This document shows positions 27,714 through 38,981 of a stretch of DNA of 64,000 nt, in pieces. Source of the stretch: Eledone cirrhosa (Eukaryota); the NCBI GenBank assembly GCA_964016885.1, contig OZ024749.1:806001-870000 (forward strand). The letters run 5' to 3'. The notes under the pieces are model-generated. The model was given only the letters and a program-made list of their open reading frames with translations, was not told where the DNA came from and ran no database searches. The position numbers were made by a program, and so were the translations under genes. The stretch's first letter is position 1. Each line of letters opens with the position of its first letter.

Positions 27714-28277
27714 ATATATTTATAAAGAGGAAACTGCGAAGTTGAAGATGTTAGAGTCCCTTATTAATTGAGCTGTTATACATATTTCCATGACGATAGA
27801 TAACATGATTTCTGTAGACAGCAAAAGTTGGTTAAAAGGTAACATTTCCGAGGCAACCCTGGGTGGAAGGGAGCGGACTAAAAAATGTATGTTTTTGCTT
27901 TGGGTGTCTGCTCCCTTCTAACTTACAGAACATCCTGACAGCCCTGCACAGACGTGTGGTTGGCTGACCACTCAGCCACCGCCGTTATTTGTTCTCTCCG
28001 ACAACCCCATACGGTCAGTAGGAGTTCAAACCAGTCAAATCTTTTCACTGCTAGCTTTGATGACCAGCAGAATTTCAGTGCATTCGTACCTGTTACCCAT
28101 TTATGGTGGGACCATCAACCCCAAAGTGAGAAAGTTACCTACTGCTATGGTTAATATAACTTATCATAGAAAATATTTAAAGTTTCACAAGCCGAAAATG
28201 GTCTGTATATTATTCTGCCAACAATTAATAAGGGACTCTATAATCTTCAACTTCGCAGTTTCCTCTTTATAAATATA
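27714..28277. mobile_element. Non-coding element bounded by ~56-bp inverted repeats (mirrored at ~62833-63396)
   Basis: TATATTTATAAAGAGGAAACTGCGAAGTTGAAG... at 27714-27770 is reverse-complementary to 28222-28277. Confidence 0.65.
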
Positions 28278-28799
28278 CTCCATCATCCTTGTTGTCAAGA
28301 AGTAATATGACTTCGAGTGGTAGAAGTGGATTGCATCCTTGTATACCGAATATATATATATATATATATAAGGAAAAAAGATGAAATCGAAAATGCAACT
28401 GGAGTCTTTTTTTTTAAATATATATTTATTTGGTTCCTTTACCGGTTTCGCAGTTCTGCTTTTCAAAAGTAGAATTGAGATGGAGGGTTTGTGGTTTTTC
28501 TCACACATATATATATATATAACCTAATATATTCTTTCCATACTCTGTACCGATTGTGTTGTTATTTCTGTTTACCTTTTATATATATATATATTATTTA
28601 TATAGGAAAATGTTTAACCCCGACGGCTATTTCTGGACTCAGAATAGCCGTCGAAATGGCTTGAGCTTCTGCCGTCGGGGTTAAACATTTTCTTATTACC
28701 CACTCTACTACCCTAAGTATTGAGTACTCTGGTGCGTTATGGTCCATCTGGTTCCCTACCACACTTCCTGCGTTATTATTTATATATATATATATATAT

Positions 28800-29048
28800 A
28801 TCATCATCATTCCATTTTACGTCCGCTTTTCCCTGCTTGCAAGGGTGGGACGGGAACTGATTCTGGCTTGATTTCTAAAGCTGGATGCCCTTCCTAACAC
28901 CAACCTCATTTACAGTGAGTGCTGGGTGCTTTTTTGCCGTTGTACCTCCACGACCACTTTGCAGTGGAATGATATGGACCCCAGTCCCTATCATCTCATT
29001 TCTACAGCTGAGTAAACTGGAGCAATGAGAAATAAAGTGTCTTGCTCA
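28800..29048 (-). mobile_element. Headless copy of the RTE-tailed SINE (paralog of 62008-62321)
   Basis: RTE-type 3' end. Homology stops at CTTGCTCA followed by (TA)n. Confidence 0.8.
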
Positions 29049-29220
29049 TATATATATATATATATATATAAAGGCAACTTATTTTACATATTTCATTCAT
29101 TCTTTTACGATCGTTTCGGAGGGTTGATCATATTAATGTATTAGAGAACTGTATACTATCAGACAGCATATATGGGTTCGATCATACCGTCTTCTTCAGA
29201 AACAAACTATATATATATAT

Positions 29221-30562
29221 TACGCAGATGATCTAATGCTCATAGCTGAATCAATGGCTGAACTAGAGAAGAAATTCCAAACATAGAAGCATGGCCTAGA
29301 ATCAAAAGGTCTTAAAATTAACTTGTCTAAGATTAAAGTTCTAGTATGTAGGAAGGAAAATAGGGCACTGGTCCCCTCTGGGAAATGGCCATGCCCAGTG
29401 TGTAGGAAAGGAGTAGGCAGAAACTCCATTTTATGTCCCAAATGCAGAGTATGGGTGCATAAAAGATGTAGTGGGATCACAGGTAAGCTAACTAAGAACA
29501 TAGATTTTATATGTGGCCGGTGCTCAGGTGCAATAAGTAGTAGCAAGTGCCCACAGGATACTACCTCATTCCATTGCCCAGATGGTTCTATAGAAATAGT
29601 GGATACTTTCCGTTACCTGGGTGACAAAATCAGCAGTGGTGGAGGGTGTTCTGAAAGTACAGTAGCCAGAGTCAGAACGGGATGGAAAAAGTTCAGAGAG
29701 CTTATACCACTATTGGCCGCTAAAGGTATCTCTCTAAAAATGAAAGACAGGCTGTATGATGCCTGCATACGAACACCAATTCTACATGGCAGTGAGACAT
29801 GGGCATTGTGTGCAGAGGATCTACACAGACTGGAGAGGAACGAAGCTTGCATGCTCCGTTGGATGTGTAATAGTAATATATGTGAACGGCAAAGCATAAA
29901 TGAACTAAGTGAGAAATTAGGAATAAGAGGGATCAGATGCTGTTTACTCGAGAGAAGACTACGTTGGTATAGTCACGTGATGAGCATAAAAGACGACAGC
30001 TGTATAAAAAGTGCAGGGCAATCAAAATAGACGGTAGTTACGGAGTAGGTAGACCCAGAAAAACCTGGGACAACTTGATAAATTCCGACCTTACACACTT
30101 ACACATCTCCAAGACAATGTCACTGGACCGAGATCTTTGGTGCTACTCAGTAATACAGAAGACCTGCCTTGCCTAAGTTCAAAGTGAAACCTACTACAGT
30201 CAGTAGGCACCTCTTAACCAAAATACACCCCCGTTCCCTATCCCCACCCCCATCTACACCACCCCTTTCTCTGTAAAGTTATGTTGGTACCACAACATCT
30301 AGTCCTAAATAAATGAGGTTATGTAGGTGTCACAACAAAAACACACACAGTTCACGCTGTAATGTGGCCGTGTAGGTAACAGTAAAAACCTCCCAGTTCC
30401 ACACTGTAAATGTGGTTGGTGTTAGGAAGGGCATCCAGCCGTAGAAAACCTGCCAGACAGTCCTACACGAGCAAGACAACCAATCTTGCCCCAAGTGGGA
30501 CAATTGCCGTCTAAACCCATGCTAGCGTGGAAGATAGATTAAACGATGATGATGATGATGAT
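29221..30562 (+). mobile_element. 5'-truncated RTE copy (from YADD to tail)
   Basis: RT, PHD insert and 3' UTR, with stops and a frameshift. Confidence 0.9.
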
Positions 30563-31006
30563 ACATCTGTATACAGTGAAATTATAATGAAATTCACAAG
30601 GTATAAAAAATTTATTGTAATGAAAAATTCTTTATAACAAGATTGACCTAACACATCTGGAATGTGGCAGAAGATTGTAAAAAATGTTGTTATAATGCTA
30701 TTTGTTATAACGGAATTTTACCTATATATATATTGACTAGTCTGCAGCATTAAAAGAATGCTTATAGCCTACAGCAGACCCCAAAGTGTCACCCGGGGCT
30801 GACTGTCCCCCTCAAGCTACACTACTGTACACAACACACACATGTACGTACACACACATATATACACATACATATGTAATGGGGGTGGCAGGAGGAGGAA
30901 AGTGGGTGTGGGAAGAAGGTGGGGAAGAGGGAAGTATATCTGTTTTACAGTTCTGGAAGTAAAACTGGTTTATAGGCTCTGTAAGTGGCATAGATTTTGT
31001 ATATAC

Positions 31007-31355
31007 CAAAGGTTCTCAAACTTTTGGGGCCACCACTCCACTTACTGCCACGTAATGCCCTCAGCAACCCCACCCCTATTTCTAGACCTGCCTACACATA
31101 AGTTGTAAATAATATATGATAAATAAAATTGTTAATTTATATATAATAAATAATACAATATATACTATGTATAAATAAATAAATCTATATTTTTTATTTT
31201 ACTATATTTATATATAATATGTATCATTTGATATTTAATATAGTATTATATCATCTCTATCGCACCCCACCTCCACCGCACCCATAGGTCCCAGTGCCTC
31301 CTGGACCTTCTCAACGTCCCTTGGGTGGCGGTAGCGCCCACTTTGAGAATCTCTG
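31007..31355. mobile_element. hAT-type MITE
   Basis: TIRs CAAAGGTTCTCAAA / TTTGAGAATCTCTG; degenerate 8-bp TSD GTATATAC/GTGTACGC. Confidence 0.65.
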
Positions 31356-31800
31356 GTGTACGCAGTTCAGGCAACATCTGGTAAGTTTGTTCTGGATGAA
31401 GCCCTTGGCAAATAATATCTTGTAGCTTTCAGAGATACATAAATCACAACCCACATGTTGCCCTGTGTATGAGCCTGCTTTTTTGGAGTGTTTTCCAAAT
31501 GAGGATGAAGTATTTGTTCTTAAGGTCTCATACAGAGGTGGCCTGTGCGGTTTGGTTTGTCCAGTCTTCTGAGGGAGTGGGTATGGGCATACCACCAGGT
31601 CTTGAAACTATATAGCATAGTATATATGCCTTATTCAAAAGTCCCATGCCACACTTTGAGACTCCTGGTCTATAAGTTGTGTGTAGTATATTCGTAGATT
31701 TGTTAAATTACACATACATATTAATAAACACACTGGCACTTCTTTGTTGTAGCACAGATTTTTAAACAACCCTCTTTATTTTATTTTATTTTACTTTATT

Positions 31801-33528
31801 AATCAGAGAGCGAGTTGATCTAGATGAAATGCAGTTTGGGTTTGTGTCAGGTAAAAGTACCACAGACGCTCTTTTCCTTGTATGACAACTACAGGAGAAG
31901 TACTTAGCTTTTGTAGACCTGGAGAAAGCCTTTGACAGAGTCCCCCCGCTCCATTATCTGGTGGGCTCTTAAAAAACTAGGTGTAGATGAATGGCTTGTG
32001 AGAGCTATACAAGCTATGTATAAAGAAACAGTCAGTAAGGTTAGAATTAACAATGAATATTGTGAAGAATTTAGTGTAAAAGTTGGTGTTCATCAAGGCT
32101 CTGTCCTTAGCCCCCTCCTATTTATTATTGCCCTTCAGGCTATAACAGAGGAGTTCAAGACCGGCTGCCCATGGGAACTCCTATATGCAGATGATCTAAC
32201 TCTCATAGCTGAATCTATGGCTGAACTAGAGAAGAAATTCCAAACATGGAAGCATGGCCTAGAATCAAAAGGCCTTAAAGTTAACTTGTCTAAGATTAAA
32301 GTTCTAGTTTGTAGAAAGGAAAACAGGGCACAGTGTGTAGGAAAGGAGTAGGCAGAAATTCCATTTTATGTCCCAAATGCAAACTATTGGTACATAAAAG
32401 ATGTAGTGGGATCACAGGTAAACTATCTAAGAACGTAGATTTTATATGTGGCCGATGCTCAGGTGCAATCAGTAGCAAGTGCCCACAGGATACTTGCTCC
32501 TTCTATTGCCCAGATGGTTCTATAGAAATAGTGGATACTTTCCGTTACCTGGGTGACAAAATCAGCAGTGGTGGAGGGTGTTCTGAAAGTACAGTAGCCA
32601 GAGTCAGAACGAGATGGAAAAAGTTCAAAGAGCTTATACCACTATTGGCCACAAAAGGTTTCTCTCTAAAAATGAAAGGCAGATTGTATGATGCCTGTGT
32701 ATGAACAGCAATGCTACATGGCAGTGAGACATGGGCATTACGTGCAGAGGACCTGCGTAGACTGGAAAGGAACGAAGCATGCATGCTCCGTTGGATGTGT
32801 AATAGTAATATATGTGAACGGCAAAGCATAAATGAACTAAGTGAGAAATTAGGAATAAGAGCGATTAGATGCTGTTTACTTGAGAGAAGACTACGTTGGT
32901 ATGGTCACGTGATGCGCATGAAAGACGACAGCTGTATAAAAAAGTGCAGGGCGATAAAATTTGATGGTAGTTACAGAGTAGGTAGACCCAGAAAAACCTG
33001 GGACGATTTGATATATTCTGACTTTACACACTTGCACCTCTCTAAGACAATGTCACTGGACCGAGATCTTTGGCGCTACGCAGTAATACAGAAGACCCGC
33101 TTTGCCTAAGTACAAAGCGAAATCTACAGTCAGTAGGCACCTCTTAACCAAATATACCCCCCAATCCACTACCCTACCATATCCTCCCACTCCCACTAAC
33201 ATCACCCTCTCTCTGTAAAGTTGGTACCACAACATCCAGTCCAAATAAATGAGATAATGAGATCGAGATCGTGTAGGTGTCACAACAAAAAAACACACAG
33301 TCCACGCTACAATGTGGCTGTGTAGGTAACACGGTAAAAAGTTCCCAGTTCCACATTGTAAATGTGGTTGGTATTAGGAAGGGCATCCAGCCATAGAAAA
33401 CCTGCCAGATAGTCCTATATGAGCGAGACACGGTCACCCGACCAACCTTGCCTCAAGTGGGACAACTCCTGTCTAACCCATGCTAGCATGGAAAATGGAC
33501 GTTAAACGAAGATGATGATGATGATGAT
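31801..33528 (+). mobile_element. 5'-truncated RTE copy
   Basis: RT (MQFGF...LYADD), partial PHD, 3' UTR and (GAT)n tail. Confidence 0.9.
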
Positions 33529-34179
33529 AGTCTCATTTTAAAATCTTAACATGCTGTACCACATGAAACTGCATTATCAAGACATTCTTGAAAAGTATAA
33601 AACAGTACTATGACCGCATCACACTAAAAAATTAAAGTCTTTTCTCTAATAAACATTTTATCAATATAATCGTAATCTACACTCTTGAAAATATATCTCT
33701 GTAAAGTTTCATTACACAAATATGTTTTATAGACAAATTTACGAGGAGGCAAAATTAAGTGGTGGAGTTTAACTGTAGTTGCTTTGTTGATTGATATGCC
33801 CTGTTCCGAAATGTCTTGTTTTCTCAAAGGGCCGGTGTCACAAGTATGAAAATACACTTTTGACAGGTGCAATATGTTCGAACACGGAAGAGCCAAACTC
33901 TCACCATCATCGCCCCCATCTCTCTCATCTTCCCCATCTCTCTGTATAGTGAGCAAATGGGGTCCCACATACTGGCTGCCCCACAGCCCCGGCGGGAAGA
34001 ATGGAGAAAGTGTTTCTCCGGAGGATGGTAAGGGAGATGCGCTGGAAGAGCCATTCCATCTCGTGAGGCTCACACCTGCGGCTGGTCAGCTCATTTTTAC
34101 AATTTGTCCACTGGTAAAGATGCTATAAACATTTGAATTAACAAACTCATTTGTGTGTGTGAGTATGTATGTATATATA

Positions 34180-34790
34180 TCGTCATTATCATCACTGATT
34201 TTACGTCCATTAATCCATGCGCATGGGTTCGACAGGTCTTTTTTCAGCGCAGCATCTCTCCACCGTGTTCCTTTGTCATCTCAGCAATTTGAGATCAGTT
34301 CTCAACACTTCGTCTCAGGTTTTCCTTAGTCTATCTCTACTGTGGTTTCCTGCTACTGGGATTTCCTGGCACATCTTCACCCAGCAATCATCATCCATAC
34401 ACATCACATCTCCATACCAATGCCGTCTTCTCTTTTGCACACCACTTCAGATTCTTCATAAACCCAGTTTCTCCCTCAGTTTATCCAAACTCATCAATTC
34501 ATCCTTTCTCTCACATTTACATTGCACATCCAATGAAGCCTGGTTGCTTCATTTCCCTCCAATCACTGCCCATGTTTCACTACCATGCAGTATCGCACTT
34601 CGCACACAAACATCATAGTCATCCTTTTGTAAGTAGGGAGAAACCTTTTGATGTCAACATTGGGAGTAGCTCTCTAAACTTCTTCCATCCTATCTTTATT
34701 CTAGCTATTATGTTCTCAGGGCACCCTCCTCTGGCTGCTAATTAGGTCACCTAGATAGCAGAAGCTATCAACCAAGTTCTATGGATCCTT
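34180..34790 (-). mobile_element. Older RTE-family fragment
   Basis: FCYLGDLISSQRRV...LHGSETW...WYGDVM on the minus strand. Confidence 0.7.
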
Positions 34791-35469
34791 CCTGTGACGC
34801 TCTTCCACTTGTTTACCATTGTGCATCTACATACCAAGTCCTCCTCAACAACATTGATGTACACACTTTCCATAGGAGTGTATCATCATCATCATCATCA
34901 TCGTTTAACGTCTATTTTCCCTGTTAGCATGAGTTAGACGGGTTGTCATGTTTGAAGCAAGTCAGGTGAGGTGACAGTGTCATATTCATACAGAACTGCT
35001 ACTGACTTGATCTCTACATTTGGATGCCCTTCCTAATGCCAACCACATTTACAGTGAGCACGGTGCATTTTGTCATCACACTTACAGACCGCTTGAATAT
35101 GCAATATGTTTATGTATAATAAACATGAGTTTTGCTGTGAATATTTTAAAATCTGTGACCATGTCACAGCTATCTCTCTCTTTTACTAGTCAAGTACTGT
35201 ATAAACCTCTAAATATTAGAGAACCAATAATTAAACTATTTATATAAGTTTGCCCTAAATGTAAATGATCCTCTCCCACCAATGTTTTATATACAAAAAC
35301 CATATCAGTTTTAACCTTTTTTTATTTCAGTAGTGAGAAAATGTCACTGATGATGGATAAAAATCCAGAAATAGCTGATATTCTCACTGCTGCTGAGAGA
35401 GCTGTCATATGATCACAGCTTTCAGAAATATCAGAGCAAAACTCTTGTGTGTATATTATACATAAACAT

Positions 35470-36298
35470 TGGCCACGTGATGCGTATGAAAGACGACAGC
35501 TGTATAAAAAAGTGCAGGGCGATCAAAATTGATGGTAGTTACGGAGTAGGTAGACCCAGAAAAACCTGGGACGATCTAATAAATTCCAACCTTACACACT
35601 TGCACCTCTCTAAGACAATGTCACTGGACCGAGATCTTTGGCGCTACGCAGTAATACAGAAGACCTGCCTTGCCTATGTACAAAGCGAAACCTACAGTCA
35701 GTAGGCACCTCTTAACCAAATATACACCCCAATCCACTACCCTACCCTATCCTCCCACTCCCACCAACAACACCCTCTCTCTATAAAGTTGGTACCACAA
35801 CATCCAGTCCAAATAAATGAGATAATTGTTTCTACTTTTGGCACAAGGCCAGCAATTATCCCAGTGTATTACTGGTACTTTATTTTATCGACCCCGTAAG
35901 GATGAAAGGCAAAGTTAACCTCGGCAAGATTTGAACTCAGTCCGTAAAGAGACGTAACTGTGCTGCAAATCATGGCGCCCGACCCTCTACTGATACTGCC
36001 AATCCACCGCCCAAATAAATGAGATAATGAGATCGAGATAGTGTAGGTGTCACGACAAAAAACACACAGTCCACGCTGTAATGTGGCCGTGTAGGTAACA
36101 TGGTAAAAAGTTCCCAGTTCCACACTGTAAATGTGGTTGGTGTTAGGAAGGGCATCCAGCTGTAGAAAACCTGCCAGATAGTCCTATATGAGCAAGACAC
36201 GGTCACCCAACCAACCTTGACTCAAATTGGGACAACTCCCGTCTAACCCATGCTAGCGTGGAAAATGGACGTTAAACGAAGATGATGATGATGATGAT
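35470..36298 (+). mobile_element. Short 3' RTE copy interrupted by a SINE
   Basis: GHVMRMKDDSCIKKC plus 3' UTR and tail. Confidence 0.85.
35827..36010 (-). mobile_element. Full SINE with 18-bp TSD (CCAAATAAATGAGATAAT)
   Basis: TSD at 35809-35826 and 36011-36028. The empty site is visible in the RTE copy at 33241. Confidence 0.9.
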
Positions 36299-36597
36299 TG
36301 TTATAAGCTTTCATGTACACTCCTATAATGAACCATATTATGTTAATGCCACTTCCTATGTATTCATTTTTATACAAGTGTCTTGAATAACGCTGGTTTT
36401 GGTGAGGAAAACACTGACTATATAAGATGTAGGGCCACTGTATCAGCTGTTCAAATACAAATGGAAGCTTTCTAACATAAATGTTTGTAAGAAACATTTG
36501 TTAAGTTCTAAACACCAGCTGAACAATGAAAAAGTTATTTTACCAAATTCTCTTAAAATTCCCGTTTATTTATATACAATGACTGCTACTTCTACAA

Positions 36598-36875
36598 ATT
36601 GAGAGAGCACAGCTCCGATACTATGGACATGTGGTTAGAATGTCTCAGGAGAGAATTGCTGGACAGATTTTACGGGAAACACCAACAGGCAGGAGACCCA
36701 GGAGTAGACCCTGAGCAAGATGGTTGGATAACAACCATGAGCTTGGCTGGTCTTGCTTGGGGATCCAGCCAGATCAGTTGGGGACAGTTGCTTCTGACAG
36801 GACCCGCTGGAGGGAATATTTAAGGTCTCTGCCTCCACGACCCTCTCAGGAATAACTGGACAAAGAAGAAGAAGA
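36598..36875 (+). mobile_element. 3' end of another RTE-like LINE with (GAA)n tail
   Basis: RAQLRYYGHVVRM...GRRPRSRP. Confidence 0.65.
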
Positions 36876-37432
36876 CTTGTACCATGGTAAAGTTTAGGGC
36901 TTGGGTATAAAACATTTCAGACCAAGTTCATTTAGATGTCTTCAATTAAATTAACAACTTCGATAATAAACTACCCTTGGTTCTATAATAATTAGCTCTT
37001 TATTTCAATATTGTTATATTTTTATTTTAAAACATTTTATCATAAGCTGTGCACGTGTAAAAATGAAAAAAATGTTTATATTACTAAATCCCTCCAAATT
37101 CTTGATTTTCAAAACTATTTGAAAATAATTTCCACCCATCAACTTCATTGAAGTCTTTAAGGCAAGCTTGTTTCATTTTCTAGCTTGACAAACTCAAACT
37201 TTCATTATGTTAACTTTTTGGCCTTATCAACAGTCAGGTTTAGAATTTCTGCATACTTCAACCATGGATTTCAATATCTTCTGGTTGGCAGTGTATTTCA
37301 TAAGAAATATAGTAACAAAAAGGTTAATGTCTACAATAATGTTTTAAAATAGTAAACAGAGTTTTTGCATTGAAATTATTTTCTAAATTTTCTTTTTATA
37401 TTCCATTTTCTCCAGATACTACCGAATACAAG

Positions 37433-38590
37433 ATGGACTCAACAAAACCGAACCAACAAATTACTAACCTTGCTACCTCAGTAGATCATTTTACATCAAT
37501 TCTTTTTCAAAGTGTAGCTACAGGAACCAATGAAAATGTCTTCATGTCACCATTCAGTGTTGCTACAGTTTTATCAATGGTTTATTTAGGAGCAAAACAA
37601 AATTCTGCCAAACAGTTGGAAGATATTTTGAAGATAACTTCAACACCAGATTCTTTAGGTTTGGCTTTTAAAGAATATTTTTCAACGTTGAAGAACACAA
37701 ATGAACATATCACATTTAATTCAGTGAATCATTTGTATGCTAATGAAAAATTCCATCTTTCAGAAGATTACAAGAAGAATATTTCAAAATATTTCTCTTC
37801 GGCTATTGAAAATGTAGATTTTATGAAAAATCCAGAAAAAACAAGAGTTGATATCAATGAGTGGGTTAAAAGTAAAACAAATAACAAAATCACTGATTTG
37901 TTACCAAGTGGTAGTTTGACAGCTATGACAATGTTGGTCCTTATTAATGCTGTTTATTTTAAAGGAATCTGGGCTGAAAAATTCCCAGAACAAGGAACAT
38001 CATCTAGAGAGTTTTATTTAAGCTCTAGTTCAAAAGTACTTCATAATTTCATGTATATATCTGAAGATTTCAATACAAAGGTAGACGAGACATATAAAGT
38101 TGTAGAGCTACCTTATATAGGAGAGACCTTTAGTATGTTTGTAATTCTTCCCAATGAAATCAATGGTCTTGCTGACTTAGAGAAGGAAATTAATGCACAA
38201 TTTCTCAAAGATATTATTGACAGAAAAGGATTCCAAATGTTATATCTAGAATTGAATATGCCAAAATTTCGTTTAGAAAGCAGTTTTCAGTTGGCTGATA
38301 CTTTGAAAAAGCTTCATCTTTCTGACATTTTTGATGGCAATAAAGCTGATTTATCTGGAATGACTGATGGTCAAAATAATATATATGCAAGTGAAATGTT
38401 TCATAAAGCATTTGTTGATGTTAATGAAGAAGGAACGGAAGCTGCAGCTGCAACTGGAATGGTGATGACACTAATGTGTGCTCAAATAGGCTTGAAATTT
38501 GATGTTAACCATCCATTTATGTTTCTGATAGTTGACACCCAAGCTAAAATGATTCATTTCATTGGTAAAGTAACGAATCCTACAATATAA
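37433..38590 (+). CDS. Serpin copy A (intracellular, clade-B/leukocyte-elastase-inhibitor-like), 385 aa, single coding exon; predicted P1-P1' Met-Cys
   Basis: Motifs ENVFMSPFS, INEWVKSKTNNKI, LINAVYFKGIW, hinge EEGTEAAAAT and C-terminal FDVNHPFMF. No signal peptide. A polypyrimidine tract and CAG acceptor end at 37415 just before the ATG at 37433, so the TTG start in the ORF track is intronic. Confidence 0.95.
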   Translation: MDSTKPNQQITNLATSVDHFTSILFQSVATGTNENVFMSPFSVATVLSMVYLGAKQNSAKQLEDILKITSTPDSLGLAFKEYFSTLKNTNEHITFNSVNHLYANEKFHLSEDYKKNISKYFSSAIENVDFMKNPEKTRVDINEWVKSKTNNKITDLLPSGSLTAMTMLVLINAVYFKGIWAEKFPEQGTSSREFYLSSSSKVLHNFMYISEDFNTKVDETYKVVELPYIGETFSMFVILPNEINGLADLEKEINAQFLKDIIDRKGFQMLYLELNMPKFRLESSFQLADTLKKLHLSDIFDGNKADLSGMTDGQNNIYASEMFHKAFVDVNEEGTEAAAATGMVMTLMCAQIGLKFDVNHPFMFLIVDTQAKMIHFIGKVTNPTI

Positions 38591-38877
38591 GATGATATTT
38601 GCCCTGTTCAAGATTGAAGATGTTTCCTCCAAAGTCACATAACATTATCTCAACACCTTAGCTGAGTAAATATATTTAGAAGTTGCTTTAGTTAAATAAC
38701 TGAGGTCATTATATTATGCTGGACCTAGGTGATACTTTCCCAAAGAAAGATTATGAAATAGCTTTAATATAAAACATAACTAGAAATACTTTACATCTTC
38801 AGCAAAATATTACATAATCTGAAATATATTCTATAAACATGTTTTTTATTTGAAAATTATAAATAGTGTGAAAACAT

Positions 38878-38981
38878 TCCTGCCGAGGTTAACTTTGCCT
38901 TTCATCTTTATGGGGCCGATAAAATAAAGTACCAGTAATGTACTGGGTAATTGCTGGCCTTGTACCAAAAGTAGAAACAAT
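38878..38981 (+). mobile_element. 5'-truncated SINE in the 3' flank/UTR of serpin A only
   Basis: SINE 3' half; absent at the homologous position in copy B (~50905). Confidence 0.85.

Larger units (their letters stand above)
27110..29390 (+). repeat. Left outer block of inverted segmental duplication (mirrors 62099-64000 and 56160-56480)
   Basis: Reverse-complement identity. Identical ORF translations, e.g. 27113..27376(+) = 63734..63997(-) and 28185..28508(-) = 62602..62925(+). Confidence 0.93.

Noticed and set aside
37370-37432. 21-aa N-terminal extension of the serpin ORFs as a signal peptide
   Set aside because: It begins at TTG and spans a polypyrimidine tract and splice acceptor, so it is intron/UTR.
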